Part shown: one piece after another, positions 15,786-25,519 of the stretch
Layout: every line of letters begins with the position of its first letter
How positions within the stretch are numbered: position 1 is the stretch's first letter
The notes under the pieces: model-generated
The model's database searches: none
Seen by the model: the letters and a program-made list of their open reading frames with translations, nothing else
What the model was told of the DNA's origin: nothing
DNA from: a virus
Lineage: Duplodnaviria; Caudoviricetes
IMG/VR virus record: IMGVR_UViG_3300020042_009114
Coordinates: 1 to 36,323 of that record
Direction: 5' to 3' (one strand)
DNA length: 36,323 bases
Program-made: the position numbers and the translations under genes

Positions 15786-17165
15786 TTACAACTCCGCAGA
15801 TGCTTCAAAATAAGGAGCGGGGGTTGCCGAAGCGTTTCTTGTTACTTGAGCAGCCCATCCAGAACTCATCCCACCCGCAGAGCATACAATTTGATATGTT
15901 GCTCCATCTTGGTCAATTACATCTGGGATGACAGAAGTTACTGAAAAGTTCAAGCCAACTGTCCAAACTGTCATATTTGTTGGGCTTCCAACAGCCGTTG
16001 AGGATGGGTTTGCCCTTAATGGAACAGGGTATTTAACATATGACCATACTGATGTTGCGGTAACAACTTGTGCAGATGGAAATATCCTTTGATTGGTGAG
16101 GGTTGTCGATGTTCTATAATAATACCTCTGACACAACGCCAGTTCCATCCCAATCGGACGTTGCTCGAATGGCGTGGCTACGGGGCCGACTTCGAGTTGG
16201 ACGTTATAAAAAATCAATGTTGCCGCATTAGTACCAACAACAGAAACTGCGCCTGTTGCTGTAACGTAATTAGTCGCTGCCCATGCGCCAGCAGTTCCTG
16301 AAAATGTAGTTCCAACACCAATACCAAATGTTACAATCACCCCTACACCGGTTGTTGTAAGCCAATCCGTAAACGCGCCCGTCGTATCCCCCGGAATAGT
16401 TACACTTATTCTGGTTAATGTAGAAGCAGTAGGAATAGAATAAGTAAATGGATACGAGCGAGTCCCTACACCATTTCTAATAGACCCGCCAAACGTCCCA
16501 GTTAACGAAGACTTTACATAAAAAGAAAGCGTTACTGTCTTCGCATTTGCAGTTCCCCACGCTAAATCTGCCGTGTTGTACCCTTCGATTCTTTGAAGAA
16601 CACCAAACGAGTCAGATGCCACTACGGCATAATTTGATAGCGATGTTATAACGAGCGCTGAACCAGATGCTCCATTTGCAACGTCTGAAGAAGTAAGAAC
16701 ACCAGAGCCAACACTATACTTAGCGGCTACTGATAACCCAGATAGCCATCTATCTAAGGTGTAGTCAGTATTTGCAGGAGTTACTGTAGTAATGCCCCTT
16801 TGATTAATAGTAAAATTCCCATTGATAATCTTATTCCGCAGCCCCGCCAACTGACCGCCATTGGCAGAGGCCATTTGCACGTTGCCGCTGAAGGTGCCGG
16901 TAGTGGCTGTCACAGGCCCAAGCGAGTTTCCGTAAGAAAGAGCGTCACCAGTTGTGGTAGCGGCGCCCAAACCCGTAAGCTTAAACCCGCCCATAGGAAG
17001 ATTAGCCGTAGGGACGTTCTCCCCGTTTTTAGCTAAGCATGCCGTAATCCCAGCCGCAACGTCAGTCAGCAAACCATTATACCGAACCGCGTCAATGGTC
17101 GTCCCGTTAACCTCCGGCGAGTAAGTGGGGTTTAGATTAAACGTTCCAGAGCCATTCCAGGCCAT
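15786..17165 (-). CDS. Tail fibre / receptor-binding protein
   Basis: Podovirus fibre N-terminus (MAWNGSGTF...ANLPMGGFKLTGL), then RNKIINGNF..NQRG and QLEVG.VATPFEQRPIG.ELALCQRYY; Gly/Thr/Ser-rich. Confidence 0.88.
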   Translation of the reverse strand: MAWNGSGTFNLNPTYSPEVNGTTIDAVRYNGLLTDVAAGITACLAKNGENVPTANLPMGGFKLTGLGAATTTGDALSYGNSLGPVTATTGTFSGNVQMASANGGQLAGLRNKIINGNFTINQRGITTVTPANTDYTLDRWLSGLSVAAKYSVGSGVLTSSDVANGASGSALVITSLSNYAVVASDSFGVLQRIEGYNTADLAWGTANAKTVTLSFYVKSSLTGTFGGSIRNGVGTRSYPFTYSIPTASTLTRISVTIPGDTTGAFTDWLTTTGVGVIVTFGIGVGTTFSGTAGAWAATNYVTATGAVSVVGTNAATLIFYNVQLEVGPVATPFEQRPIGMELALCQRYYYRTSTTLTNQRIFPSAQVVTATSVWSYVKYPVPLRANPSSTAVGSPTNMTVWTVGLNFSVTSVIPDVIDQDGATYQIVCSAGGMSSGWAAQVTRNASATPAPYFEASAEL

Positions 17166-17167
17166 AG

Positions 17168-19021
17168 TTATTCTCCTTCCGCGCTCATGGCGCTGGTAAA
17201 GCCAAGTTGTGCTGAAAGCATACGCCGAAGCTCCGGGTTAAACATAGCAATCTGGCGAAGCCGGTCAAGCCCCGCCTGATCCATTGGGCTCAGTAGGCGA
17301 CTAATCTCTTCATTCTGCCGCGTTCGAAGGGCTTTAGTAAGCTCAAACTCACCCCGGCGAAAAGGTGTAAGCGCCGCACCAGCCAAAGACCGATCTGCAT
17401 TATTCTGCAAAATAATCGGCGCATTTTGGAAGTTTTGCAGATTATCCGCAGCTCGAAGAGGTAGAGTAACCTGCGCCGGGTCGAGGCCACCAGCTCGAAT
17501 AACTGCAGTAAGCCTATCTTCAGCAGGTGTGTTTAGATCACCCCGTATAACAGCGCCGGGATTAGTAGAGCCTTTGTCTAGTTTCCGCTGAGCAACGGAT
17601 TGAAGGATAGCTCTTGGGTTAGCCCCAAAGCCTGAGAGCTGGGCCAGCGCCTGAGCAATGGCATCAGCTGAATTATCCTGCCCCACCAACGCATCAAGCC
17701 TAGAAGTCGGAGTCGGCGTCTCGGACGTTGGGTTAACATCTCGCATCCGGCCAATTGGGCCCTCGCGCAGGGGCGCAATCACATTTCTAGAAGTTGCGGA
17801 ATAATTGTTATTAGCCCGAGCATAAGCCTGAGACACGGCCCTGAGCTGCGCCTCCGTAGCATTGAGGGCTTCTCTATAAATAGAAGCATCAATCTTAGTC
17901 CCGGTTGAAGCATTTTCCCCGGGTGGGTTGGCCTTTAGCGACTTTATATTTGCCCCGAGGTCAGCAAGGTTAGTGATAGGCGTAGTCCGGCTACCATCAG
18001 TCTTGATTAGAGCCCGAGCTGCCTCTCGATAAGCCGCACGGGTAGCATCGGTCAAAGCTGGATTAGCCGCCGTAGCGACTAGATTACTATAAATAGCTAC
18101 CACGTCTCTAGGTCGGATAACTTGTCCAGCTAAATCCGCCTGATACTGCCTAGTTCGGGCTTGCCTTGCGTCAGTAAGAACCGCATTAGCCGCATCCGAG
18201 GTTTGGTTAGCAACTCCCAGCGGATTATTCTGCCGCATCGGGCCCAGATTCGGCGGATTTGTTCCAAATGTGAAATCTCTAGTCAAACTTTGTAGTTCAT
18301 CACCGCGGTTATTAACCCGTTGGTTAAACAGCTCGCCGCCGGGAGAGTTACGCAGCTCAGCAGCTAGCGCGGTAAGAGCTTGGCGGCTGTTCAGCGCGTC
18401 AACGAGCGTCCCGGTCTGAACCCCAGCTTGTTGGAAATCTTCAAGATTCCTGCCAGCCCTTATCCAATCGGCTGGACTTGTTCCTCCAAGAGCGCGATTG
18501 ATAATAGCCTCGGGTTGTCTCTGGCCGGTTAGGCCCCTAGCGGGAATACCACCGCCAAGAACAGAGCCAACAACCTCCCCCACCGGAACAAACTGAGGAT
18601 CAACTTTACCCGCAGCTTCCCCGCCAGCTTTGCCCCCAAAGCCGCCGCCAAGCCCTGTCATAATCCTAGCCACAAGCTGATTAGGCCCGGCCATGCTGCC
18701 AATACCTTCCAGCCCCCGGCTGAAGTAAGAGTTATCCCCCTTACCCAGCGTCTCGTCTACAAAACTCTGGGCCTTCTGCACATACGGGTTTGGAATAGGC
18801 TCCATAGTCACGGGATCAAGAGCCCCTGCGCTAAGCGCATCAAGACCCCCGATGAGCATATTAGCCCCGCCCCGAGCTATACTCTTTCCAGCCTCACCAA
18901 GAAAACCCGGGAGCTTGGAAGTGACTACATCACTAACAGTAATAGGCTTAGGCGGAGTAGCCGAGGCTCCTTCAAGCTCGGCCAAACGCCGAAGAGCGGC
19001 TAGTTCTTCGTCAGGAGTCAT
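17168..19021 (-). CDS. Putative internal virion / DNA-ejection protein
   Basis: Large Ala/Gly-rich helical protein in the ejection-protein position upstream of the tail fibre. Confidence 0.6.
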   Translation of the reverse strand: MTPDEELAALRRLAELEGASATPPKPITVSDVVTSKLPGFLGEAGKSIARGGANMLIGGLDALSAGALDPVTMEPIPNPYVQKAQSFVDETLGKGDNSYFSRGLEGIGSMAGPNQLVARIMTGLGGGFGGKAGGEAAGKVDPQFVPVGEVVGSVLGGGIPARGLTGQRQPEAIINRALGGTSPADWIRAGRNLEDFQQAGVQTGTLVDALNSRQALTALAAELRNSPGGELFNQRVNNRGDELQSLTRDFTFGTNPPNLGPMRQNNPLGVANQTSDAANAVLTDARQARTRQYQADLAGQVIRPRDVVAIYSNLVATAANPALTDATRAAYREAARALIKTDGSRTTPITNLADLGANIKSLKANPPGENASTGTKIDASIYREALNATEAQLRAVSQAYARANNNYSATSRNVIAPLREGPIGRMRDVNPTSETPTPTSRLDALVGQDNSADAIAQALAQLSGFGANPRAILQSVAQRKLDKGSTNPGAVIRGDLNTPAEDRLTAVIRAGGLDPAQVTLPLRAADNLQNFQNAPIILQNNADRSLAGAALTPFRRGEFELTKALRTRQNEEISRLLSPMDQAGLDRLRQIAMFNPELRRMLSAQLGFTSAMSAEGE

Positions 19022-20331
19022 GGAGTAGGTTTCCCACTTATTAGCTCCCGCAGCGCTTTTATCTCAGCTGCCTTTTCTTCCGGCGTCATGTCAGCAATCT
19101 TCTTGCTAGGAACAGCCGGTTTTGGAAGCCCCGTGCCACGGATGTCAAATTTAGCCCCGGCCGGGAAAGGTTGCCCTGAAGGGTCCCTAAACTGAGTAAC
19201 ATTCCCACCCTGTCGCTGAAGCTCTTGCATCGTTCGCATTTGCTGCGTCTGATTGCCGCCGAGATTAGGCACGTTATACCCAATCTTAGCCGCGCGAACA
19301 ATATCTCCATACTCACCCGGCATCGAAGCAGTAGCGGTGTCAATATAATCACCATACTCCTGCAAATTCTTAATCGACGCCGCGTTCATAATCTCAAAAA
19401 TGCGCGTCAAGTTCTGTGGCTCGGTGTTAAGCGAACCCACAATCTGCTTGATAAGAGCTGTGTCGTTCTCAGTAACTGGAGCCAGCCGCTTAGCGTTAGC
19501 AAGGATGTGATTTCCCATCGCCATCGCAAGCTGCTCGGTCTGGACTTTACCTTCAAGATCAAACCCAATCGCCGCGCCAACTTTACGAACTGCTTGGAAA
19601 AACTCACCCGCGCTGCCGCTTTGAGCCCCGGCGTTAAGAGCTTCAAGGGCTGTAGTATTAGCAGCAATACTATCTTTCGCCACTTGGGCTCCAACTTGCC
19701 GTTCTTTAATCTCAGGTTGAATTGCTTGATACGCCATACCCCGAGCTTCTGGGATGTTATTACTAACATTAACCCCCTTCGGAGCATACGCAAAATCCGA
19801 ATCACCTTTTACATTTGGTGTTAGGGAATACCTATTCCCACCTTCGTCAACACCAAACGTAGGAGGCGGAATAGCAGGAACTTGATAATCTGCAGTAGGA
19901 AGTTCTCCAGCTTGAAAGACCCTAGCCGCCGCTTGTGGATCGCGTTCTTTAATAGCTCCAGCAAAACCCTCCATGCGCTTATCACGCCGCCCAATAATCG
20001 CCGCCGCAAGGGCTTGAGCTTGAGGATCGGGATTAACTAGGCCAGACTCAGGGTTAGCCAAAACCCCGCGAAGTTGATTGGCTCGATACTGCCCGATCTT
20101 ACCCTGAAGACCGCTAGCCTCATCGTCAAGGGCGCCGAGGTTATAATTCGAAATCCCGCCCGTCAGGAGTTTGGCAATAGCCTGCAAACCGCCCTGCGGC
20201 ACAGCTCGGCCGGATACAACCTCAGTCTCTCTGGGAGAAAAGCTATTCTGCAACAAAGCCTGAGCCATAGACCGCTGGCGATTGATCTTAGCGATCTCAC
20301 TTTGGTATTCTGGTGGGATATAATCAGCCAT
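19018..20331 (-). CDS. Putative internal virion / DNA-ejection protein
   Basis: Gene position and composition (Gln/Ala/Gly-rich; N-terminal 'RQR.MAQALL'). Confidence 0.6.
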   Translation of the reverse strand: MADYIPPEYQSEIAKINRQRSMAQALLQNSFSPRETEVVSGRAVPQGGLQAIAKLLTGGISNYNLGALDDEASGLQGKIGQYRANQLRGVLANPESGLVNPDPQAQALAAAIIGRRDKRMEGFAGAIKERDPQAAARVFQAGELPTADYQVPAIPPPTFGVDEGGNRYSLTPNVKGDSDFAYAPKGVNVSNNIPEARGMAYQAIQPEIKERQVGAQVAKDSIAANTTALEALNAGAQSGSAGEFFQAVRKVGAAIGFDLEGKVQTEQLAMAMGNHILANAKRLAPVTENDTALIKQIVGSLNTEPQNLTRIFEIMNAASIKNLQEYGDYIDTATASMPGEYGDIVRAAKIGYNVPNLGGNQTQQMRTMQELQRQGGNVTQFRDPSGQPFPAGAKFDIRGTGLPKPAVPSKKIADMTPEEKAAEIKALRELISGKPTP

Positions 20332-20333
20332 TT

Positions 20334-21485
20334 TTATCCTCTGAACCTAACTGGGGGGAAAAAGCTGCCGCCGGGAGTGCCAAGGCCGTTCATCAAAGCG
20401 CCGCTAGCGCCAGCTCCAGCACCGCCAGAGAATAAGCCACTAAGGCCAGCCCCCGCAGCCGCTCCAAATGGGCTAAACATAGCTGCCCCCGCAAGCCCTG
20501 TCATAGCATTAAGAACCCCATTATTCTGAGCTACATCCGCATTATACTGCGCCAGCTGCCCCTGATATTGGTTGTTATAAGCCCCAATAGCATCGACGGG
20601 TTGGAGACTTGGGGTATTATACTGCGCTTGCGTATTTGGGGCTACAACTTGAGTCCCGCCGCGAAGGGCGTTAAGCTCATTCAACGGCTGATTCCTTAAC
20701 CCAAGCTGCTGAGCAATCAACTGCGCGTTAGCGTTGCCCATCAAGCCCGCAATACTCTCCCTTCGGGCTAGGCTAGTATTTCCTTGCCCGTAGCCTTGAA
20801 GAATAGACGCATCCCGCGCCGCCCCGTAGGCTCGATTGGTAGTATCCCCAAAGGTCTCCATAGCTTGGTTATAGCCAGGAGTGCCCGGAACAAAGCCTTG
20901 CTCGGCAAGGCGAGCTTCTATGCTCTGCTTTTCTCGGGCGTTTTGCGGATCAAGATACCGGGTTTGTGCGCTATAAACCGCATCGCCAACATCTCGGTTG
21001 AATTGGTTAGATGTACTATCAGCAGCAAGACCGCGGATGTAATCTGCAACCCCAAGCTGATCGGCGCTTCCGGTATAGGGATTAGCTAAGGCCGATCTTA
21101 CGCGATCGGTCCCTTCCCGAAGCAACTCAGATTGCCCAAGCTGTGACGCAGTATTAGCGTCAAAGATTTTCTGCTGAGCTGGGGAAAGCGTTTCCCGAAG
21201 GGTCCAAGTCGGAGTGCCTTCAAATTTAGCCCGGTCTGGGGCAAATCTTGAGCCCATTGGCATCTTACCGAAAGGCCCGGCATTATACGCCGCCATAGCC
21301 GCATCATACCCGGCTTGGTCGAAGTTAGAATTCTTCTCCCAAACTTTACTACCATACGGGTCGTAGCTATTAACCCGCTGCTGATCCAGTTGGTATTGGA
21401 AAGCCCTATTATTCGCATCTGTTTGCAGAGGAATAATTACTTTCGGATCAGGAGCTTTAGGGGCCTTAGCCTTCTTTTTTCCCAT
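20334..21485 (-). CDS. Putative DNA-ejection (pilot) protein
   Basis: MGKKKAKAPKAPDP N-terminus, Gln/Asn-rich body and Gly-rich hydrophobic tail, typical of podoviral pilot proteins. Confidence 0.65.
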   Translation of the reverse strand: MGKKKAKAPKAPDPKVIIPLQTDANNRAFQYQLDQQRVNSYDPYGSKVWEKNSNFDQAGYDAAMAAYNAGPFGKMPMGSRFAPDRAKFEGTPTWTLRETLSPAQQKIFDANTASQLGQSELLREGTDRVRSALANPYTGSADQLGVADYIRGLAADSTSNQFNRDVGDAVYSAQTRYLDPQNAREKQSIEARLAEQGFVPGTPGYNQAMETFGDTTNRAYGAARDASILQGYGQGNTSLARRESIAGLMGNANAQLIAQQLGLRNQPLNELNALRGGTQVVAPNTQAQYNTPSLQPVDAIGAYNNQYQGQLAQYNADVAQNNGVLNAMTGLAGAAMFSPFGAAAGAGLSGLFSGGAGAGASGALMNGLGTPGGSFFPPVRFRG

Positions 21486-21891
21486 AATAGCGATTCCAGA
21501 GTGGGCAGTTTTCCGGCCAAAGCGCGAATATGAGCAAATCGCCGGAAGGGTCTGCGCCCCGAAGTGTCGCTTCTAGGGTTGCGCCAAAGTGACGCACAAA
21601 GTTGATAGAAGGGATGTTAGTGCTTTTAACAGTAAAAGTCAAGCGATTAAGCCTAAGTTCAATGAAGGAGTAATGAAGAACCCCGACAAGAAGTGACCTA
21701 AGACTATACCCGGGCAGGGCAGCTATGTTACAAGTGCAATGGGCTCCGTTATACTCAGCCCAAGTAACACCTGCAACGATTTTTCCCTCGCGCTTTACCC
21801 CCAACGCGGTAAAGGTTCCCGGCGCTTCCCAACCCCCGTCGAGGGCGTTGATAAACTCGTTAATCGCCTCCGGGTCGTCAGAGAAGAGCAT
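21466..21891 (-). CDS. GNAT-fold virion-assembly protein
   Basis: 'N.PSINFVRHFGATLEATLR' acetyltransferase-like motif; usual position between the nozzle and ejection genes. Confidence 0.7.
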   Translation of the reverse strand: MLFSDDPEAINEFINALDGGWEAPGTFTALGVKREGKIVAGVTWAEYNGAHCTCNIAALPGYSLRSLLVGVLHYSFIELRLNRLTFTVKSTNIPSINFVRHFGATLEATLRGADPSGDLLIFALWPENCPLWNRYYGKKEG

Positions 21892-23387
21892 TAATAATCC
21901 GAGCCTTCCAAAATCCGAAGCTCGGACCCGATGTAGCTTACTTCAACGGAATTAGTAACTACCTGCAAGTAGAAGCTTTTCCAGTTGGAAAATGCGTCGG
22001 GCGGGCTATGCCAGTTGTTGCTAATAATGCTACTGATCGTCCAAGAAGAAGAACCCCAAGTCGCCGAGCCCCACAGGGCGATGTTGTTATTCCCACCGGG
22101 CACAGTTGTCGTGTCAAGGCCAAAGGTTTGAAAATCCCGGCCGATGCCCATGATGTAAGAAAAATTACCATCAGCAACAAAGTAGGGAAGAAGTTTAACA
22201 ATCCTCTTTTTCTTGGGATAACCTAACTTGTTATAAGCACTCAGAACGGTGCAGGTAATATTGGCACCGTTATCAGAAGTAGCCCCAATTACAGAAACGG
22301 TACTACCCCCGGCGAAGTAAAGTAGGCCATTCATCCGTGCAAAGCAAGTAGCGTTCCAGCCGTTAAATTTAGCCCAAGCCCCGGTTTCTCCGTGCATTAC
22401 ATACTGATACTGGTTTGGCGATGCCGGAATGTTAACTATAAGTAAAGGAATATCCGGCATAGAAACAACCTGCCAGCCGTCATTTGAGAAGTTAGCACTA
22501 GCCGCGTCGGAAAAGAGCTGCCGTATCTTTGTAGTTACGCTAGATGAGCGGTTAATCTCGGCGCTTTGCAGGGCCCTAGAAAGAGGAAAAAGCCCCACCT
22601 CGCAGTTAAAAAGAAGGTCGCCGCCGTACTTGAAAAGAGGAAGTGTTCCCAACGGGCGACCGATGTAGAATACCCCTCTAAGCGACCAATTAGCGGGGTC
22701 GTTGCCTGAGTAAACCGCAAGCTCGCCTTTGGAAGTTGCTATTACAAAATAATCATCCGGACCCGCGCCGCCGTCGATAGTCCAAGAGTTCGTAGCTACA
22801 ATGTAGCCCCCTCGCTTAAAAATCGAAGCGAAGGAATAGTTAGTAGGAGTTCCAGCAATTGCATTGGGGGCTAGATACTCTAAATTTAGCGAATTACGAA
22901 CAACAAAGAAAATTCTCTGGCGATAGCTGTCGATGTAGGAATATGTACTAGTCGCCGTTGTGCCGAGAACAGCAATAGCCGTCCAAACAGCGCCGTCGTA
23001 TTGCTTTAGCGTGTCTGACCCATTTACAATGAAGAGGTAGTTATTAGCTCCAGTACCAAACTGAAGGCCGACTGTTTTGCCATTAGTCAGAGCAATAACA
23101 GCGGCCCCGGCTGCGCCCGAGGTGGTGGCGTTATAAATGCCATTATCCGTAGTAGCCCAGAGACTTTCTGAGCCACTAGACGCAGCATAAACCCAAAGCC
23201 TTCTCGGCAGCGTAGCTAAGCCCGTAAGCCAAGTAGTAGATCCGGGCCGGGTTGTGATCTTATCTGGATACGGAATAAAGTTCTCAAGAGCAAGCGCATC
23301 TAGCTGCGGCATTTGCATAAGACTATTAGCCGCATTTAACCCACCAACCGGGGCGGCGGTCGTAAAATTAGTCGTCTTGGAAGCCAT
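21891..23387 (-). CDS. Tail nozzle / packaged-DNA stabilisation protein (P22 gp10- or T7 gp12-like)
   Basis: APVGGLN N-terminus and beta-propeller-like composition; TGATG coupling to the upstream gene fixes the start at 23387. Confidence 0.75.
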   Translation of the reverse strand: MASKTTNFTTAAPVGGLNAANSLMQMPQLDALALENFIPYPDKITTRPGSTTWLTGLATLPRRLWVYAASSGSESLWATTDNGIYNATTSGAAGAAVIALTNGKTVGLQFGTGANNYLFIVNGSDTLKQYDGAVWTAIAVLGTTATSTYSYIDSYRQRIFFVVRNSLNLEYLAPNAIAGTPTNYSFASIFKRGGYIVATNSWTIDGGAGPDDYFVIATSKGELAVYSGNDPANWSLRGVFYIGRPLGTLPLFKYGGDLLFNCEVGLFPLSRALQSAEINRSSSVTTKIRQLFSDAASANFSNDGWQVVSMPDIPLLIVNIPASPNQYQYVMHGETGAWAKFNGWNATCFARMNGLLYFAGGSTVSVIGATSDNGANITCTVLSAYNKLGYPKKKRIVKLLPYFVADGNFSYIMGIGRDFQTFGLDTTTVPGGNNNIALWGSATWGSSSWTISSIISNNWHSPPDAFSNWKSFYLQVVTNSVEVSYIGSELRILEGSDY

Positions 23388-24097
23388 CAAACACCCCAAT
23401 CACCAGCCGGGACCCAAATACCGGGCCGGATGTTTTGGTTTGCTTTATCCATGTACAGAATTGGAGCTGTGTCTTTAACAATGTTCTTGGCAATCAAGCT
23501 CATATATTCGGCGTAAAGGTCAGACCAATCTTCGCCTTTTTTCTTCTTCCACATATAGTCTAAGCCCTTAGCTACGACTACATCGGGAAAAACGATAAGA
23601 TCGGTATCATCTGTAAAGGTGGCTTTAGCAACTGCTCCGGTCGAGTCAGTAACGCCATAGCTAGATTGGTAAATAAGGCCAATTATATGCCCAGCAGGTG
23701 GGGCTGGGAGAATCTTGAACCGACTGCCCTCAATCCGGTATTGGTATATCGGGCCCGTCGCCGGAAGGGCTTGCTGCGCCTCCCAACTAGCCGGAGTGAC
23801 CGGGCCAATAAGGGGGCGCCTTAACGTCTCATCCCAAATTGAGGATTGAATTATCCCCCGATAATCCGCCCCGATCAGGGACGTTAAGGCGCCTTGATCT
23901 TCAGCTGCGATGGTGGTAAAGGTTTTTCTAATTTGCTGCTGTGTCCAGCTGTATTGCGAAAGCTCAGTAACAAGGCGCTTCATAATCGCCCGATACTGCA
24001 CTACATCGGAAAGCGTAACCCCCATAACCGCAGTCGGGACGGGGAGAGCATTTTCCGCACAAAAGTCCTGAACCGTGGTTAAGAGGGAGTCACTCAT
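23387..24097 (-). CDS. Head-tail adaptor (tail tubular protein A-like)
   Basis: Size and position between the capsid genes and the nozzle; YQYRI.G..F.I.PAP motif. Confidence 0.7.
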   Translation of the reverse strand: MSDSLLTTVQDFCAENALPVPTAVMGVTLSDVVQYRAIMKRLVTELSQYSWTQQQIRKTFTTIAAEDQGALTSLIGADYRGIIQSSIWDETLRRPLIGPVTPASWEAQQALPATGPIYQYRIEGSRFKILPAPPAGHIIGLIYQSSYGVTDSTGAVAKATFTDDTDLIVFPDVVVAKGLDYMWKKKKGEDWSDLYAEYMSLIAKNIVKDTAPILYMDKANQNIRPGIWVPAGDWGV

Positions 24098-24669
24098 TTG
24101 GCGTTAGCTTTCATTTTGGCAAACTCGGCGGCAAGAGTGGTTACTTGCTCGGAAAGTGTGGTTACTTGCAGTTTAAGAGCCGCGTTTTCCTCGGCCAGCT
24201 TGCCCTTATCTTCGGCGGCAGAAAGCCAAGCCCGAGCTTTGTCTCGAAGGGAGAGGCCGCCGATGCCAATAGCAGGAAGGTCTGAATCTGGAAGTCCAGC
24301 GAGGTCTTCAACCGTTAAAATCCCGGCGGAAAGAATCATCTTAATCTGTGCGGGGGACAACACGGGCCAGGCTTTTAACGCAGTCCCTGATACAGGCATT
24401 TCTTCGCCCTCAAGCCAAGCTTTGTAACTAGCAGTAAAAGCCGGAAACCAGTCATGTGGGACTTCGTTCTTACGGCTTTTCTCTTTAAGCTCGGCAAGCC
24501 ATGTTTCGGCTTCTTTTTCAAGCCTGTCCCGGGAGCCCGGGCGCATGATAATAGCGTAGGCTACGTCTTTAGCGACGTAATGGCCCGTAGCCACGGAGGC
24601 GTTACGATCTTCAATAGCGCGAAGCTCCCATTCGACGTAGGGAGGGCGGTTGAAATCGACTGTGTGCAT
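24094..24669 (-). CDS. Hypothetical protein with a helix-hairpin-helix-like motif and C-terminal coiled coil
   Basis: GILTVEDLAGLPDSDLPAIGIGG resembles HhH/alpha-CTD-like motifs; AAGGA RBS. Confidence 0.7.
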   Translation of the reverse strand: MHTVDFNRPPYVEWELRAIEDRNASVATGHYVAKDVAYAIIMRPGSRDRLEKEAETWLAELKEKSRKNEVPHDWFPAFTASYKAWLEGEEMPVSGTALKAWPVLSPAQIKMILSAGILTVEDLAGLPDSDLPAIGIGGLSLRDKARAWLSAAEDKGKLAEENAALKLQVTTLSEQVTTLAAEFAKMKANAK

Positions 24670-24696
24670 GGTTTTCCTTAGAGGGGTTGGAAAATG

Positions 24697-24731
24697 AAAA
24701 AGGGGGACTTATGGAGGCAAGCTCCTGCCCC
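24697..24731 (-). terminator. Terminator downstream of the capsid genes
   Basis: On the minus strand, GGGGC..GGAG-loop-CTCC..GTCCCC followed by TTTTT. Confidence 0.6.
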
Positions 24732-24738
24732 GAAAAGT

Positions 24739-25494
24739 TTAGGTGATCTGACCTTGACCGAAAGCACGGGAGAGTTGAACGATACCGAAACCCGTTGGGG
24801 TAAAGGTGGCCGTTACTGTGCCCGTAGCAGAAGCGTTAGCAGAGAGAGTAAAGCTCGTGCCCGATGGGTCGATGTTACTAACCGTGCCGGACATACCCGT
24901 GCCGGAAACCGTCAAACCACGGAACAAGCCGTTGGAGCGAGAAATCTTAATCTCAGCCGAACCATTTCGCGTGGTAACAGTACGGGTAAAAGCACTGGCG
25001 GCGGCGATAATAGTCGTGGCGTTAAGAATCTGCTTACCAGCGGCAGCTGTTGGGGTAGCATTACCAGCCGTGCCGATATAAACTGCGCCGGTAGTAGCTG
25101 CAACGGAGAAGGCAACCGGAGCAGTACCCGAAACCAAAACCCAACCACCTTGACGGGTGGTCGAGCCAGCCGCGAAGTTGGTAAGAGTTACGAACAGGGG
25201 CCGGCCCGTGCCAGCAGTCGAAGCCGCAGCGGTAATGTTGAAGTCTTTATCAAGAGTAACCAGAGTGCCGGGGGTAACGGCGGTGCTGGTGTTGAAGACG
25301 TACATTACTTCAGCCATGCCCCAGTTAGGGACGTTCGTGCCGGTATCAACGCCGTCGATTGCAGCGGCGGTAATGATAGCCCCCGGAGTAATCGGCGAAA
25401 AAGTACCAGTAGTAAAGCCAGCCGCTGGATAATCTTCCGAAGCGGAAAAGTCCATTGCAACGCCAACAATGGCATCAATAGGTGCGAGACGCAT
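24739..25494 (-). CDS. Capsid decoration / minor capsid protein
   Basis: Thr/Ala/Gly-rich beta protein directly after the major capsid gene; strong AGGAG RBS; followed by a terminator. Confidence 0.7.
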   Translation of the reverse strand: MRLAPIDAIVGVAMDFSASEDYPAAGFTTGTFSPITPGAIITAAAIDGVDTGTNVPNWGMAEVMYVFNTSTAVTPGTLVTLDKDFNITAAASTAGTGRPLFVTLTNFAAGSTTRQGGWVLVSGTAPVAFSVAATTGAVYIGTAGNATPTAAAGKQILNATTIIAAASAFTRTVTTRNGSAEIKISRSNGLFRGLTVSGTGMSGTVSNIDPSGTSFTLSANASATGTVTATFTPTGFGIVQLSRAFGQGQIT

Positions 25495-25519
25495 AGTTTT
25501 CTCCTAGAAGTGTTTTAGA

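Noticed and set aside
24694-25518. 274-aa + strand ORF
   Set aside because: Antisense to the decoration gene; open because of biased Thr/Ala/Gly codons; Ser/Arg/Gly low-complexity product.
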